Positions 41,501 through 54,134 of a DNA stretch of 64,000 nt are shown here, piece by piece (the first letter of the stretch is position 1; every line of letters begins with the position of its first letter). This stretch comes from Macrostomum lignano. Lineage: Eukaryota. Where the stretch lies: contig NIVC01000126.1 in assembly GCA_002269645.1 (NCBI GenBank), forward strand, positions 930,001 through 994,000. Direction: 5' to 3'. The translations under genes and the position numbers were made by a program. The notes under the pieces were generated by a model. That model worked only from the letters and a program-made list of their open reading frames with translations. It was not told the DNA's origin and did no database searches.

Positions 41501-42351
41501 TGCAGCAAATGTTAATCCCCATTGGACATTAGTACTCTGATTAGACAGAGAGTAATCCTATGTACAAATCTCAACGGAACCACAGGTACCTGGTGCCCTA
41601 TCTGATCCTGCCTCTCTACGTGATCGTCACGGAGATCCTGCTGCTGAATCTCATCGTCGCCATGTTCAGCAAGACAATCGAGACCATCGACTCGCGCAGC
41701 AAAGGTCTCTGGCAGTTCGAACGCCACGATCTAATTGAAGAATTCGAAACTCGGTCCAGCCTGCCGCCGCCCCTGAACGTGTTCGATCTAGTTAGAAAAT
41801 TTTTTCTATTGCTCAAGAGCTACTGCCGCCGAGTGTGCCACAAGAACTGTCGGTGTCGCACCAGACACGCTGGTGGAGGCGGCGGCGGCGGCTCCTTCCG
41901 CCAGAAGCTGGTCACCCAGTTCCTGCTGTTCCAGGCGTTCGGCCTGCGCAAATGTCGCGAAGAGATGATGCGCCAGTGCCTGCCGAAGCAAGAGACCGAG
42001 ACCGACGCTATGCTGGACAAAGTGCGAGACATTGTCGAGGCCGAGGTCAACCGGTTGATCAGCGTCACGGGAATGTCGAGCGCTGAAGGCGATGGCAGCG
42101 AGGGTGCACAGAGCATCGCTGCGGACACTCTGCTGGAGGCCACGCCTCCGCCGCCTCCGCCGCAGAGTCAGTCGAGCAGCAGACCTCCGTTGTTCCCTAC
42201 TGGTACCAAATCGCTCGACTGTCTGGCAGACGATGGCGGCGTCGGTGGAGCTCCCGGCGGTGCCGGATCGGGCGTCGGTGGAGCTCCCGGCGGTGCCGGA
42301 TCGGGCGTCGGTGGCAGACCGAGGGTTCGACTGCGAGAGCTGATCAAGTAG
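35540..42351 (+). CDS. Ankyrin-repeat TRPM-like cation channel, copy 2 (intact). Exons 35540-36269, 36462-38675, 40578-40944, 41586-42351
   Basis: Same domains, intron positions and phases (1,1,2) as copy 1. The TRP domain LWQFERHDLIEEFETRSSLPPP closely resembles TRPM2 IWKFQRHDLIEEY. The frame is continuous. Confidence 0.9.
38700..39455. repeat. Composite AT-rich minisatellite (TAGAATGTCT core) in intron 2 of TRP copy 2
   Basis: Direct tandem repeat. Confidence 0.92.
40066..40480. repeat. 23-bp minisatellite (AAAGTATCTCAAATAGGTGCCTA)n
   Basis: Degenerate tandem repeat. Confidence 0.88.
40990..41480. repeat. ~41-bp minisatellite (GGGAATCCCC..GCCATGGGTCTGAGGGAGAGAGAGGAA)n in intron 3 of TRP copy 2
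   Basis: Direct tandem repeat. Confidence 0.92.
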
Positions 42352-43859
42352 CCTATCGCCATGTACACAGTTAGTTGGTTTCTGCATGCTAATTAGTGGA
42401 CGCTCTCAGTACCAAGTTGCTAACAAAGTTTCAACCTACATTTAGGTTAGAGTCGAGTTAAAGGATAGGCTCAATTTAGGGTTAGGTTCGGCACTTAATT
42501 GTCGTAGGCATCTTTTAAACTGTAGAGGAATTCAAACCCCCCTCTGTGGCTGGAAGTTTATTGCCCTAAATAACAAATATGCAAACAACTGCCCCTCATT
42601 CACTTAACCTCAAATTTTCTAATCTATCTCTTATCTTATCTCTCATTAGTAAATTCATAGTCTTCTAATTTCTGAACTGTTACTGCTATCTATTGAACCA
42701 CATGGCTTGACTCACTTTACTGAAAAGGCTTGGTATTTGGTGAAGTTTGACCACAGACTAAAACACTTCGATCATAGACCATGGCCATAGACAAGTCTTT
42801 ACTACTTAGTCTTGCAGTTAAGCTGAAAAAACCTGTAATGTACATTCGCAGTGGCGCTGGCTAGTGTACATTATGGCTGCATCAAAAGCAAGTTGTCTCT
42901 CTTCATAAAATATAGCTTACATATTCTTTCTCGCTACTGAACTGCAAGTAGAGAAACTGTCATACCAAGCCAATATGCGGAAATGGCCCAGACAACTTGG
43001 ATTATTTATGACATTTTCCAATCGCCAATATTGCCATACGTGTCCAAAGCTTGCCTGTGTGCCAATTCATAAAAATCATACTTTTCTCAAAAAATGAAAA
43101 TGCATCTTGGCGATTGACTGCAGCTTTAAAGTCTCCTACATGTACTTATGAATAACTAAGAATGTACGCGATAGCAGAGAAGTTTGCTGGAAAGTACATG
43201 GCGATCATTCTATTCTAAGTTATATTGGTGCCCATTCCCAATCTGGGTCATACTGCAGATGCCCTCTCTGGGTCATACCGGCGCCTCCTTAAGACCCATC
43301 AAGCTATAATTGCATTAGTAATTACACAATTCTGATTGCTCTATATTACCACCAGCAGTCTATAAGATATTAATATATCGCGCAAGATATGCAGCAATTT
43401 TTAACGTACACACAACTATGCATCTTTTGCATAGAAACTTTCTCAGTAAGCTGACATGTGACAAAGTATTTATGGCTTCAAAATAAATTAACCTCAATCT
43501 CTGCATCCGCAAACATTAAGAGATAGAAATCATTGAGAGAAACATTTCAACACCAGAATGTGGCTGGAATTTTCACTTAACTTTTGATGCTGCAGCCACT
43601 GCATGTGCATGGAACTGCAATAACCGCTTGTATTTGTTGTCCTCCTGTGCATTCTTGGCTGTCGACTGTTGCTTTACGTTACTAAAGTACACTTGACGTG
43701 CTTAAATACACTGTACATGTGTTAATAAAACGATTATTTTCTCGACTACTTTTGGTCATCATCGCTAATTATTACGCTTTTTAAAGGATGAATCGTTTGT
43801 CTTGCTGTGTGGGTATTTTTGTCCTGTCTGGGGGCACTGCCGGTCTTGCTAGGGTGAAA

Positions 43860-44640
43860 TTTCTAGTCGTATGGGGGAATTTCATTCTTGCAATGGGGGA
43901 ATCTCGGTCTTGGTTTGGGGAATTCGTCTTGCTGGGGGAATTTCAATCTGGTTGGGGGGAGTTTGTCTTGCTGGATGGGAGAATTCCAGTGTTGCTGGGG
44001 GAATCTGTCTTGCTGGATGGGGAATTCCAGTGTCGCTGGGGGAATTTAAATCTAGTTGGGGGGAATTTGCCTTGCTGGATGGGGGAATTCCAGTGTTGCT
44101 GGGGGAATCTGTCTTGCTGGATGGGAGAATTCCAGTCTTGCTGGGGGAATTTCAATCTTGCTGGGCTGGGGGAGGGAATTTCAATCTTTCTGGGGAAATT
44201 TCAGTCTTGCGGGGAGAATTTCAAAGGGGCCGGAGCCCAGCGGTCTAGCGCGGTACTCCGATGTGCCAGCGGCCCAGGCTCGATTCCAAGTGCAGTTACA
44301 TTAATTTGGGGCTGAATTCGAATCTCGGCTTGGCTCTGCTCGTGCAATTAACGGCCTTGAGAGCCAATCCCCCAAGGCGCAGTGAAGTGTACATGCCTAA
44401 CGATAATATAAAGTTAGGGCCGCTGTACACTCCTGTGCGAGTGTGTGCCTGCGTACGTATCCGCGCGCTTGTATGCCTGCTCAGGGGAGTCGGCGGAATG
44501 GGCAGTAATGCTTCTCGCCGGTTGTGTGCCAATGTCGCTTAAAGTGCGCCAGAGTGCACACAACCCCCCCTGCCTATAATAAAAATGGAGGGGGGGAAGT
44601 TCAGTCTTGCTGGAGGGAATTTCAGCCATTTTTGAAGAAA
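43860..44640. repeat. Degenerate G-rich repeat (GTCTTGCTGGGGGAATTTC-like) interrupted by a SINE
   Basis: The motif runs to 44225 and resumes at ~44590. Confidence 0.75.
44226..44585 (+). mobile_element. tRNA-derived SINE
   Basis: Head GGGGCCGGAGCCCAGCGGTCTAGCGC (A-box-like) and GGCTCGATTCC (B-box-like), a ~290-bp body and an ATAATAAAAA tail. Confidence 0.7.
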
Positions 44641-45274
44641 CTTCACCTCAGTCTTACTGCTGCATTTGATTAAAAATGGTGATTAGTTTTTGTCTGTCGC
44701 AAGCATTATCAACTGCCTAACTATGATATAAATAATGTATATTTAATATAAAACAATAACAAATACGAAAAAAATGGTGTACTAATTTCTTACTCAATGA
44801 AGACAGAGCAGAGGAGAGAGATTCTGTAACCTGATTGGTATATGCAGAGAATTATAAAATAAAAACTAAGCAGCTGAAATAGTAAGGATTGTCAATAATG
44901 CTATATAATGTAGAATACTATATAAGAATTAATATTGATATTCATGCTCTCCAGGCAGTTCAGTTCTGACAATGCAGTCTGCAGTGTGAAAGACTGTATA
45001 GATAAATTTATCTTTTACACACAGAACCATAAGCACCTTGTAGTTAACTTGCTTGAGTACAATAATCAGTTATTGCTATAAAATTATGATAATTATCAAT
45101 TCTTAACTTGCCTGATTAAAATTGCAGCGAACGAGAATAAGACAAAAAAATCAAGGCCTCTGTGATACAAATCTATTATACAGTAGTTGTGGGGAAGCAG
45201 TTATCTGTAATTTGGTCGTAATACTAATCGAGCAATCAGATAGTGGGCTGATGGCAGTGGCGCATACATACTAG

Positions 45275-45980
45275 TGGGCGAGTGTACATTGGGGTAAGGA
45301 GTTATTGGCAGCGAGTGTACATTGGGGTAAGGAGTTATTGGCAGCGAGTGCACATTGGGGTAAGGAGTTATCGGCAGCGAATGTACATTGGGGTAAGGAG
45401 TTATTGGCAGCGAGTGCACATTGGGGTAAGGAGTTATCGGCAGCGAATGTACATTGGGGTAAGGAGTTATTGGCAGCGAGTGTACATTGGGGTAAGGAGT
45501 TATTGGCAGCGAGTGTACATTGGGGTAAGGAGTTATCGGCAGCGAATGTACAGTGGGGTAAGTTGTCAAAAGAGTGTAGATTGGGGGGTAAGGAGTTATC
45601 GGCAGCGAATGTACATTGGGGTAAGGAGTTATTGGCAGCGAGTGTACATTGGGGTAAGGAGTTATTGGCAGCGAGTGTACATTGGGGTAAGGAGTTATCG
45701 GCAGCGAATGTACAGTGGGGTAAGTTGTCAAAAGAGTGTAGATTGGGGGGTAAGGAGTTATCGGCAGCGAGTGTACATTGGGGGTAAGGAATTATCAGCA
45801 GCGAGTGTACATTGGGGGTAAGGAATTATCGGCGGTGAAATGTACATTGCGGTAAGGAGTTATCAGTAGCGAGTAGCGAGTGTACATTGGAATAAGGGTT
45901 GTCGGGAGCGATCCTGTACATTGGAGGGATCGGGGGAGTGCACATTGGGGGAGAGAGATCGGGGGAGTGTACCTCAGAGG
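45275..45980. repeat. 33-bp minisatellite (GCGAGTGTACATTGGGGTAAGGAGTTATTGGCA)n; related degenerate array at 49880-50110
   Basis: Tandem repeat with a shared GAGTGTACATTGGGG core. Confidence 0.92.
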
Positions 45981-46091
45981 TAAAGGAGTGTGTACATTTG
46001 TGATATAAAAGTAGTGCAACATTAAACATTAAAATATAGCTAAAAATGAGCAATAGAATAAAAGTGCTACAAATAATAGTAAAGACAACAT

Positions 46092-48600
46092 TCACCTGGT
46101 GCCGGCAGTAAACAGAAACGACAGCGCCGACCCGGTGGAGGAGCCAACCACAGCGCACATGCTCATCACAGCGCCATGCGACTCGGCTAAGTGAGTTGGC
46201 GCCTGCTCCGAGGCGCGCATAAAACACAGAGTAAACAAATAACCGTTGCTAAGGCCGAACGCTGACACTAGCAACGGCGGCGTCCAGTCCCAAGCGAAAT
46301 AGACTGGCATTAATCTGCGCTGTTCCCCACCAAGCGAATAGTTGCACATCAGGAATAGCGGCACAAACAGTAGCCGCAGCAGAGCCAGCGTGATTAATGA
46401 GAAATTTGCGCGCCCACAGGCGCCCGGAGTTGGCGCCGCGGCGGTGAGGAACCGGCCAAACAGGTCGAAAGTGTTGTAAACTAGGAAGCAGCAAAGTGGC
46501 GAGTACAGCAGCCACGGTTCGGCCATGGGACTCAGCGAGCTGAGCAGGGCCGGGTAGAGGGTCAGAGTGATAGTCAGCACGGCGAAGGCGCCACCGCCAG
46601 GTCCGATCAGGTGGCGCCAGGCGGGCCGGTTGGACAGTCGGCGCCGATTGGGCGCCTCATGGAGCGTCGGCGACGGTGTCGGCGTCGGCGTTGGTATCGT
46701 CAAAGAATCAGTCAGGTCGGCGCCTGGTGATTGGAGAATTGAATTTTTAGCACAGGTATGATTCATGGTACAAAGATCACAGAGGATTTCGGATTTCTAA
46801 CTGGGTATTTGGGATTTTTAACTTGGGACTCTGGACTTCCAGCTAAGGATTTGGGATTTTTATCTGGGGATTTGGGATTTTAATTGGGGATTTGGGATTT
46901 TTGATTGGGGATTTGGGATTTTTAACTAGGGGATCTGGATTTTCAACTAGTGGATTTGGGATTTCTAACTGGGGATTTGGGATTTCTAACTGGTGATTTG
47001 GGATTTTTAACTGGGGATTTGGGATTTTTAACTGGGGATTTGGGATTTCTAACTGGTGATTTGGGATTTCAAACTGGGGATTTGGGATTTCTAACTGGAG
47101 GATTTGGGATTTTTAACTGGAGGATTTGGGATTTTTAACTGGAGGATTTGGGATTTTTAACTAGAAGATCTGGGATTTTTAACTGGGGATTTGGAATTTT
47201 CAACTAGAAGATTGACGCTAAAGAGATACTAGCTGACTTGAAACTCACCCCTGGCTCTGCACAGCCTATCCCGCACAAAAGACAGCCGCCGCAGCAGTAG
47301 ATAAGCTGCCAGACACATCAGCAACACGACAGTTGCCGATAGGAAGTAGAGAAAAGCGGCAGATCGAGGGTGGCTGCCAATCTCTAAGCTGATAATATAG
47401 GCCACAGCGGCTATCACCCCGCCGCTGGCTTGGCCCAGAGTCACCGCGTTGATGTAGCGCTTGGGGAACATGGCGGCTAAGCCGAATAAGGAGCCTTGCA
47501 TCACTGCACCGCTGCCGCTCATCAGAGCCACCGAGGCCAGGGTGGCCCAGAAAAACTCGGACTGGTCTGCGGGCAAGGAGGGTAAAGAGGGTGAGAAGAT
47601 AGGGTAAGGTGGATAAGAAAGTTAAGGGGGTAAGGGGTGGAGGAATGTAATGGAGGAAGCTAAGAAAAAGAGAATAGGGTAACTGCAAGAGAAGGGTAAT
47701 GGAGGGAGAGGAGGGTGAGAGAGGGTAAAGGGGTGAGAGAGGGTAAAGGGGTGAGAGAGGGTAAAGGGGTGAGAGAGGGTAAGTGGAGTGAGAAAGGGTA
47801 AGGAGGGTGAGAGAGGGTAAGGAGGGTAATTGAGAAAGAAGGGTAATGGAGGGAGAGGGTAAGGATCAGAGTGAGAGAGGGTAAGGAGGGTGAGAGAGGG
47901 TAAGGAGGGTGAGAGAGGGTAAGGAGGGTGAGAGAGGGTAAGGAGGGTGAGAGAGGGTAAGGAGGGTAAAGAGGGTAAGAGAGGGTAAGTCAGGGTGGAG
48001 AAGAGGCTCCACAGACTCGATAAAATGCATACAGTGTACATCTTATCAAGACTCAAGTGTCAGAGAGTTCACAAGTGTGCAGTGAGCAGCAGACAATCCC
48101 CTTCCCTGTCCCAGCAGCTCACGCCAGTCGGTATCCACCAGTACAAAGGCAGCAGAGCAGGCGAACATGGCGGACATGAGGCTCAGAGAGACAACCATCC
48201 GGCCAGCAATGGTGACCCGGCCAGCAGCTGCCGCATTGGCCAACACGCAGAGAACTCCTGGCAGATTGCTGAACACAGCCAAATAGCTTTCAAAAGTGTC
48301 CCGCATCCAGGGCTGATCCGGCCAGCCAGTGATATTGCTGACATTTCTCAGTTTATACTCGAAGTAACTTCTAGCCGTGGTGAAGAAATTCCAAGGCAAC
48401 AGGCTGCCAACGCCCAGCAGGGTGAACAACAGTAGCGAGATGTAGAATTTATCAGCTGGCAACAATTCTGCCGATGCCTGCTGCTGACTGGCTGCTGCTG
48501 GCGGTAGCAGAGGCTCCTGGTCGTTGCTTAATGCCGGATGATGCTCATTTGGCTGCTGTGACGGCTGCTCCTCTCCATGTATGGTGCGCAACGTGTGCAT
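46092..48600 (-). CDS. Equilibrative nucleoside transporter (ENT/SLC29). Exons 48123-48600, 47249-47566, 46092-46723
   Basis: LLGVGSLLPWNFF, QGSLFGLAAMFP..Y..A...GQA..G, YNTFDLFGR, RLLFVPLFLMCN and FGLSNGYL are ENT signatures; joins are in frame. Confidence 0.93.
46785..47210. repeat. 21-bp minisatellite (GGGATTTTTAACTGGGGATTT)n in ENT intron 2
   Basis: Direct tandem repeat. Confidence 0.93.
47580..47995. repeat. ~19-bp purine-rich minisatellite (GAGAGAGGGTAAGGAGGGT)n in ENT intron 1
   Basis: Direct tandem repeat. Confidence 0.9.
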
Positions 48601-50182
48601 AGCTTTGTGTATGTGTGGTTACAGCTCTCTCCCTATCTGATAGAGCTTATAAAATGTGCAGGTGTATATACAGATATACACACCTGAAACCGGACACAAG
48701 CAGTTCTTGTATGCGTAGAGACAAAATTAGCAACAGTCGGTTGCTAAAACTAGATACTTTTTACTAAAAATAACTAAATAAAAAAACTGAAGACAATTCT
48801 GTTTTTGTAAGTTAGCTTTTTATTAAATAAAAGCCGGAAAAAGTCACACAATAAGCATGCATTCGCGTTAGTATTAAGTAGTATATATAGTTGTTGTTTA
48901 ATCAAAACTTGATTTAATTATTATTAGTTCACGTCAAACAGCAATGCATGCCAGAGAACAAACGAAGGATTTGGGTAACAAATAAAAACCGGAAGCTTTT
49001 TTCAAAGCTTCGTTGTAAAAAAGGTATATATTTCGAGCTACTATACTAAAAGTAGGCAATCGCAGCAAATTAGAAGTAAAATTTGATATGAATCGAAAAA
49101 ATCAAAATCTGTTTTTAAAAAACACAATTAGAACAATTTTTATAAAACAGTAAAAAAAGCAAATTTAATTAAGCGATCAAGGGAAGATTTCGTCGAACTG
49201 TAGCAGTGATTGAGGCTGATAAAAACTGTGTAAAAAGGTGTAGTAGGTAAAAAATTGTAACTTTGTAAGAAACGGAGTCGAGACAGAAACTGTCAAACGA
49301 ACAAGTCAGAACTAATGTACATCCGATATACTTGAAGTTGAATGTACATTAAATGTACGTTAGAATTGGATGTACATCTAATATACTGCAGGATGGCTGT
49401 TTATATGTACACTAAAGATATATTAGTGTAGATGTGCATTAGTTCAGCAAGATCTTTGACAAGACAATCAACCTGTTCGTGCGCAAAACTCCGAATAACT
49501 CGGTATTTAAATTGATAAAAAACGCTTTTCAACTACTATGAGAAGACGCACAAAGCAAAAGTGGGTTTTTTGATAAAAAAGTCGAACGGTGCTGCGATAA
49601 ATAAAGGCAGGCCTTTTGACTAGCATTGTAAAATGAAAAAACCAGACATACTACTAGTAGCAATTAGGCCAAATTGATAAAAATTCGATCTACGGGTTAA
49701 AAAAATGCCATGCAAATATAGGTCGGGTTGATCTATTAAACTACTGCAATAAATATAAGGCATGCATTCTAGACAATTGTGGTCAATGTGCTGTCTATAC
49801 TACTTAGCTACTTATGAGAATGAGTAGCAAGTAAAGAAATTAGCCAAGTAAAGAAATTAGCAAGTTTTTGTGCTAGAAAAGAGGGAAAGAGGGATCGGGG
49901 GAGTGTACATTAAGGGTGAGGGATTGGGGAGTGTACATTGGGGGAGAGGGATAGAGGGAGTGTACATTGGGGGAAGGAATAGAGGGAGTGTACATTGAGA
50001 GAAAGGGGTCAGGGGTGTACATTGGGGGAGAGGAATCGGGGTTGTACATTAAGGGTGAGGGATCGGGGTGTACATTAAGGGTAAGGGATAGGGGGAGTGT
50101 ACACTTGAAAGAGAGAGATTAGAAGAGCAAGTTAATTTTGACCAAATTATCTAGCTGACAAAAACAGCAAAAACCAGTCTCA

Positions 50183-53100
50183 TCACGGATTAACAAAGGT
50201 GACAAAGATGTAACGAACACCTTTAGTGACTTCCAGGCCCTCGTGCAGGTGAGTGATCCTACCGGGATGGACAAACGCCCAGCCTAGTCGCGGAGCGATC
50301 ACGGAGCAGTTGTAGCGAGTAAATCTGCAGCCTCCGCCTTCGAAGTCCACGCCAACCTGATTGAGAGCCAGATTGACAGTGTAGTCTGAGGCGTCATGAT
50401 GCGGCCGGAGCTCCTTCTGCTCCTCGGGGTGATAGCGAACAACGAAGTTCATTCGAGCCCAAGGCTTGTCGCTGTAGCCTTGGAATAGTTTTAGCTGGAT
50501 TGGGTGCATGTACTTTACTAGAAAGTGCAGCCAGTGCGCCTCCCAGCCAACTTGGCGCATGTGAATGTCGCGAGTTGGCACATTCTCGTAGCCGCCTTCT
50601 AGCCGGGGATCCGTGTTTGTGCCGTCTGACCATCTGCAAATTGCACTACTGCTGTTAGTAGAAATATAAGCAGAATAACAGTTGCTTTCCCAGAATTTAA
50701 AATCCTTAAATACTAGCAGCTCTTATCCCCAAATTTACAAGTCCTCAGTTCCTATTCTCAATCATAAAAATCCCCAATTCTCCCAGTTCCTATCCTTAAT
50801 CATAAAAATCCCCAATTCTCCCAGTTCCTATCCTCAATCATAAAAATCCCCAATTCTCCCAGTTCCTATCCTCAATCATAAAAATCCCCAATTCTCCCAG
50901 CTCCTATCCTTAATCATCAAAATCCCTAATTATCCCAATTCCTATCCCCAATCATAAAAACCCCAATTCTCCTAGTTCCTATCCCCAATCATCAAAATCC
51001 CTAATTATCCCAATTCCTATCACCAATAATGAATTCCCCAATTTTCCCAGCTCCTATCCCCAATCATAAAAATCCCCAATTATCCCAATTTCTATCCCCG
51101 GTCGTAAAAATCCAATACTCACCTTCCGAACGACTCCATAACGGCAACCAGATCGTGGCAAAACGAAGGCGTAACCAATGGCAACCAAAACACATCCGGG
51201 CAGGGCTGCTCAAAATCCCCCAGCTGAGCATCGTCGGAGGCGAATCGCCAATAATCCGGATGCATGTACTTGTGCTCCCAATCCACCGGATTAGCCCAAA
51301 TCTCCCACAGATCATTGCTAGCGTGCAACCTAGTGGTATTGGAGTTGTCAGTCAGGTGACCGAATGGCAGTGTGTTTAGCACGTGCATAAACACATTTTT
51401 CGATCTAGCAATTGAAGCGAAATCTATGTCGTAGTCGATTCCACTAGCGGCTAATCGTTTGGGATCGAATGCGCCAGCTTTGAGTAGGATTTGAGCAGCT
51501 CGCCTATTGATTAGGTAGGCCGCCGATACGTAAGGCACGTTCCACAGGCCGCGGCGCGCATCGCTGACAATGTCTAAGTAGTCGTCTGATCTGTAAGGGT
51601 GCGGCACTTGCTTAACTTGAGTTGCCGCTATCTGCCCCAATCCTACAAAGACTACAGCCGCTATCTGCCCCAATCCTCCAAAGGCTACAGCCACTATCTG
51701 CCCCAATTCTCCAAGGCTACAGCCGCTACCTGCCCTCTCACCTGGCATAATATCCGTCGGCATTCAGAGCGCCCCAGAAGTTGGACCACAATTTACCGGG
51801 CAGCACTAGCAGTGGCGCAACAATAGACCGATTGACGGCCACCAGCTGAGTCAGAGCATCTCGTCCAGTTAGCTGAGCAATCGGCTCAACAAAGAAGATA
51901 AAATCTGAATCGTACTCATTAACTAACAGCATCTGTCTGGCGGAGACCGGCGAGAAAGCTAAATTATCCGAAGCATTATTCAGCACAATACTGGCATACT
52001 CGTGCACAGGATTGTCAATGAAATCTCTAACGGCTAAATGAACATTTCTAGCCGAGGCCCCCGGTCCCAGATCGATACGAAGATGAATTCGCTGCTTTGG
52101 ATAAGTCTGCTCGGCTAATCTAGCCAATAGCAGGTTGGGAAACGGCGCCGGATCGGTTAGCAACACGCCGACAGTCAGGTAGGGCAGTTCTGATTGGCGC
52201 TGCAACAGTTGAGCCACAGTTGGCGGCGGCATTGGCGGGCAGTGCTGACAGCCCAGACTGTCTGACCAGCCTCTGCCCAGATAGTTTGTTAATCGCCAAA
52301 ATTCTGCTTTAATTGGTCCATTGCCGTGCAGTAGGGCGGGAGAACTACCCGTGACAGTGTTGCGCAGATAGCCTAAGCCGCTGTCGTCCCAGCGTAGCGA
52401 CACCTCGGACAGGGCTCCGTTGAGCGTCTGGAATACTGAGCAGTCGTAGTCTAAGGCCATGCGATGCCGCTGACGCAAGTCCGGGTTGAGGAAGGCACGA
52501 GTCAGGAACAGCTGGTCATCGTCTGAGTCGGTGATTGGGGCATAGTTGAGCAGGCGCCTGCATTGGAACAGGTGGATGAGTGCATAGTGTGCAGGCCTTG
52601 ACGCACTTTACGAGCCCTTGACCATAAACCATGACACTCGCACAATAATATATGCATGACCTTGCAAACACCGACTAACCCTAGACCTACTCACAACCCT
52701 AGACCTACTCACAACCCTAGACCTACTCACAACCCTAGACCTACTCTACTCACAACCCTAGACCTACTCACAACCCTGGACCTACTCACAACCCTAGACC
52801 TACTCACAACCCTAGATCTACTCACAACCCTAGACCTACTCACAACCCTAGACCTACTCACAACCCTAGACCTACTCTACTCACAACCCTAGACCTACTC
52901 ACAACCCTGGACCTACTCACAACCCTAGACCTACTCACAACCCTAGACCTACTCACAACCCTAGACCTACTCACAACCCTAGATCTACTCACAACCCTAG
53001 ACCTACTCACAGTCACAACCCTAGACCTAATAAACCAAAACACCAGACCTAATAAACCAAAACACCAGACCTAATAAACCACAACCTTAGACCTAATAAA

Positions 53101-53965
53101 CCACAACACCAGACCTAATAAACCAAAAAACTAGACCTAATAAACCACAACACCAGACCTAATAACCCACAACCTTAGACCTAATAAACCACAATCTTAG
53201 ACCAAATAATCCACAACCCTATAGACCTAATAAGCCACAACCTTATAGACCCTAATAACTCACAACCCTATAGACCTAATAACCCACAACCATATAGACC
53301 TAATAATCCACAACCCTATAGACCTAATAACCCACAACCCTAGACTCAAAGAGCCACATTATGTGTCTTTAAAAGTAAGAATCTCAGTGCCATTTGACAT
53401 CTTGTGTCGAAGTTTAGACCCACACATCCTTCAAGACTCAAATCAAGTCTCACCTGAGCTCCCCAGCCTTGCCCATATACCCGCCAGAATTTAAATAGGC
53501 TGTCTTCCGGCCAGCGGGAGGTTTGGGATACTTGTCGGCCAGGCTCTGGTCGGGCCAGCAGAACCGTTCGGCAGAGATTAGTACTCCGGCTCCGCTAGCC
53601 TCGAATGCACTTCGAATAGCCGCCTGGCCAGCTAGAAACACAGCGTCGTAGGCGTCGCTAAACAGCACCAGTTGATCGTCTGGCACGTCAGCCAGCGCCC
53701 GGCGCATTAGCAGAATCTTCTGACCGCCGCCGGCGCCGCGAGACACGTCGCCGCCGAGCCAATCGGAGCCGAGACCCAACGGCTCCGGAGTTGGCAAGCC
53801 GCGCAGCTTAGCCGAGGCCAGAAACGCGGCCAGAGCGTCATTGGTCTCCGTGGCAACCGTTAGAATACGGAGTTGAGAATTGGCTCCAGATACTTTCTCG
53901 TAGTAAACGGAGCTGATGCAAGCAATCAATAATAGTGACAGTGTGAGATGCATAGCAACTGGCAT
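50183..53965 (-). CDS. PLOD: Procollagen lysyl hydroxylase/glycosyltransferase. Exons 53454-53965, 51742-52557, 51123-51590, 50183-50633 (748 aa)
   Basis: Signal peptide; [88 protein letters not shown]; total length 2247 nt in frame. Confidence 0.97.
50745..51100. repeat. ~39-bp minisatellite in PLOD intron 3
   Basis: (AATCATAAAAATCCCCAATTCTCCCAGTTCCTATCCTC)-like tandem repeat. Confidence 0.88.
52673..53345. repeat. 18-bp minisatellite (ACAACCCTAGACCTACTC)n and derived variants in PLOD intron 1
   Basis: Direct tandem repeat. Confidence 0.92.
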
Positions 53966-54134
53966 GCATGATTGACAGGTAAATCAGGATATAATAAGGT
54001 CAAGTAGCTAACTCGGCGCACAGATACCATAATAACAAAATATATGTATAAGTAGAGCGTATATTCTGTTTTAAGTAGTTAATCTGCACAGTATCACTAA
54101 AATTTAATGTGGCAGCTAAAGTTTTAATTTCTTT

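Noticed and set aside
44226-44300. tRNA gene
   Set aside because: Promoter boxes are present but I found no convincing cloverleaf; treated as a SINE head.
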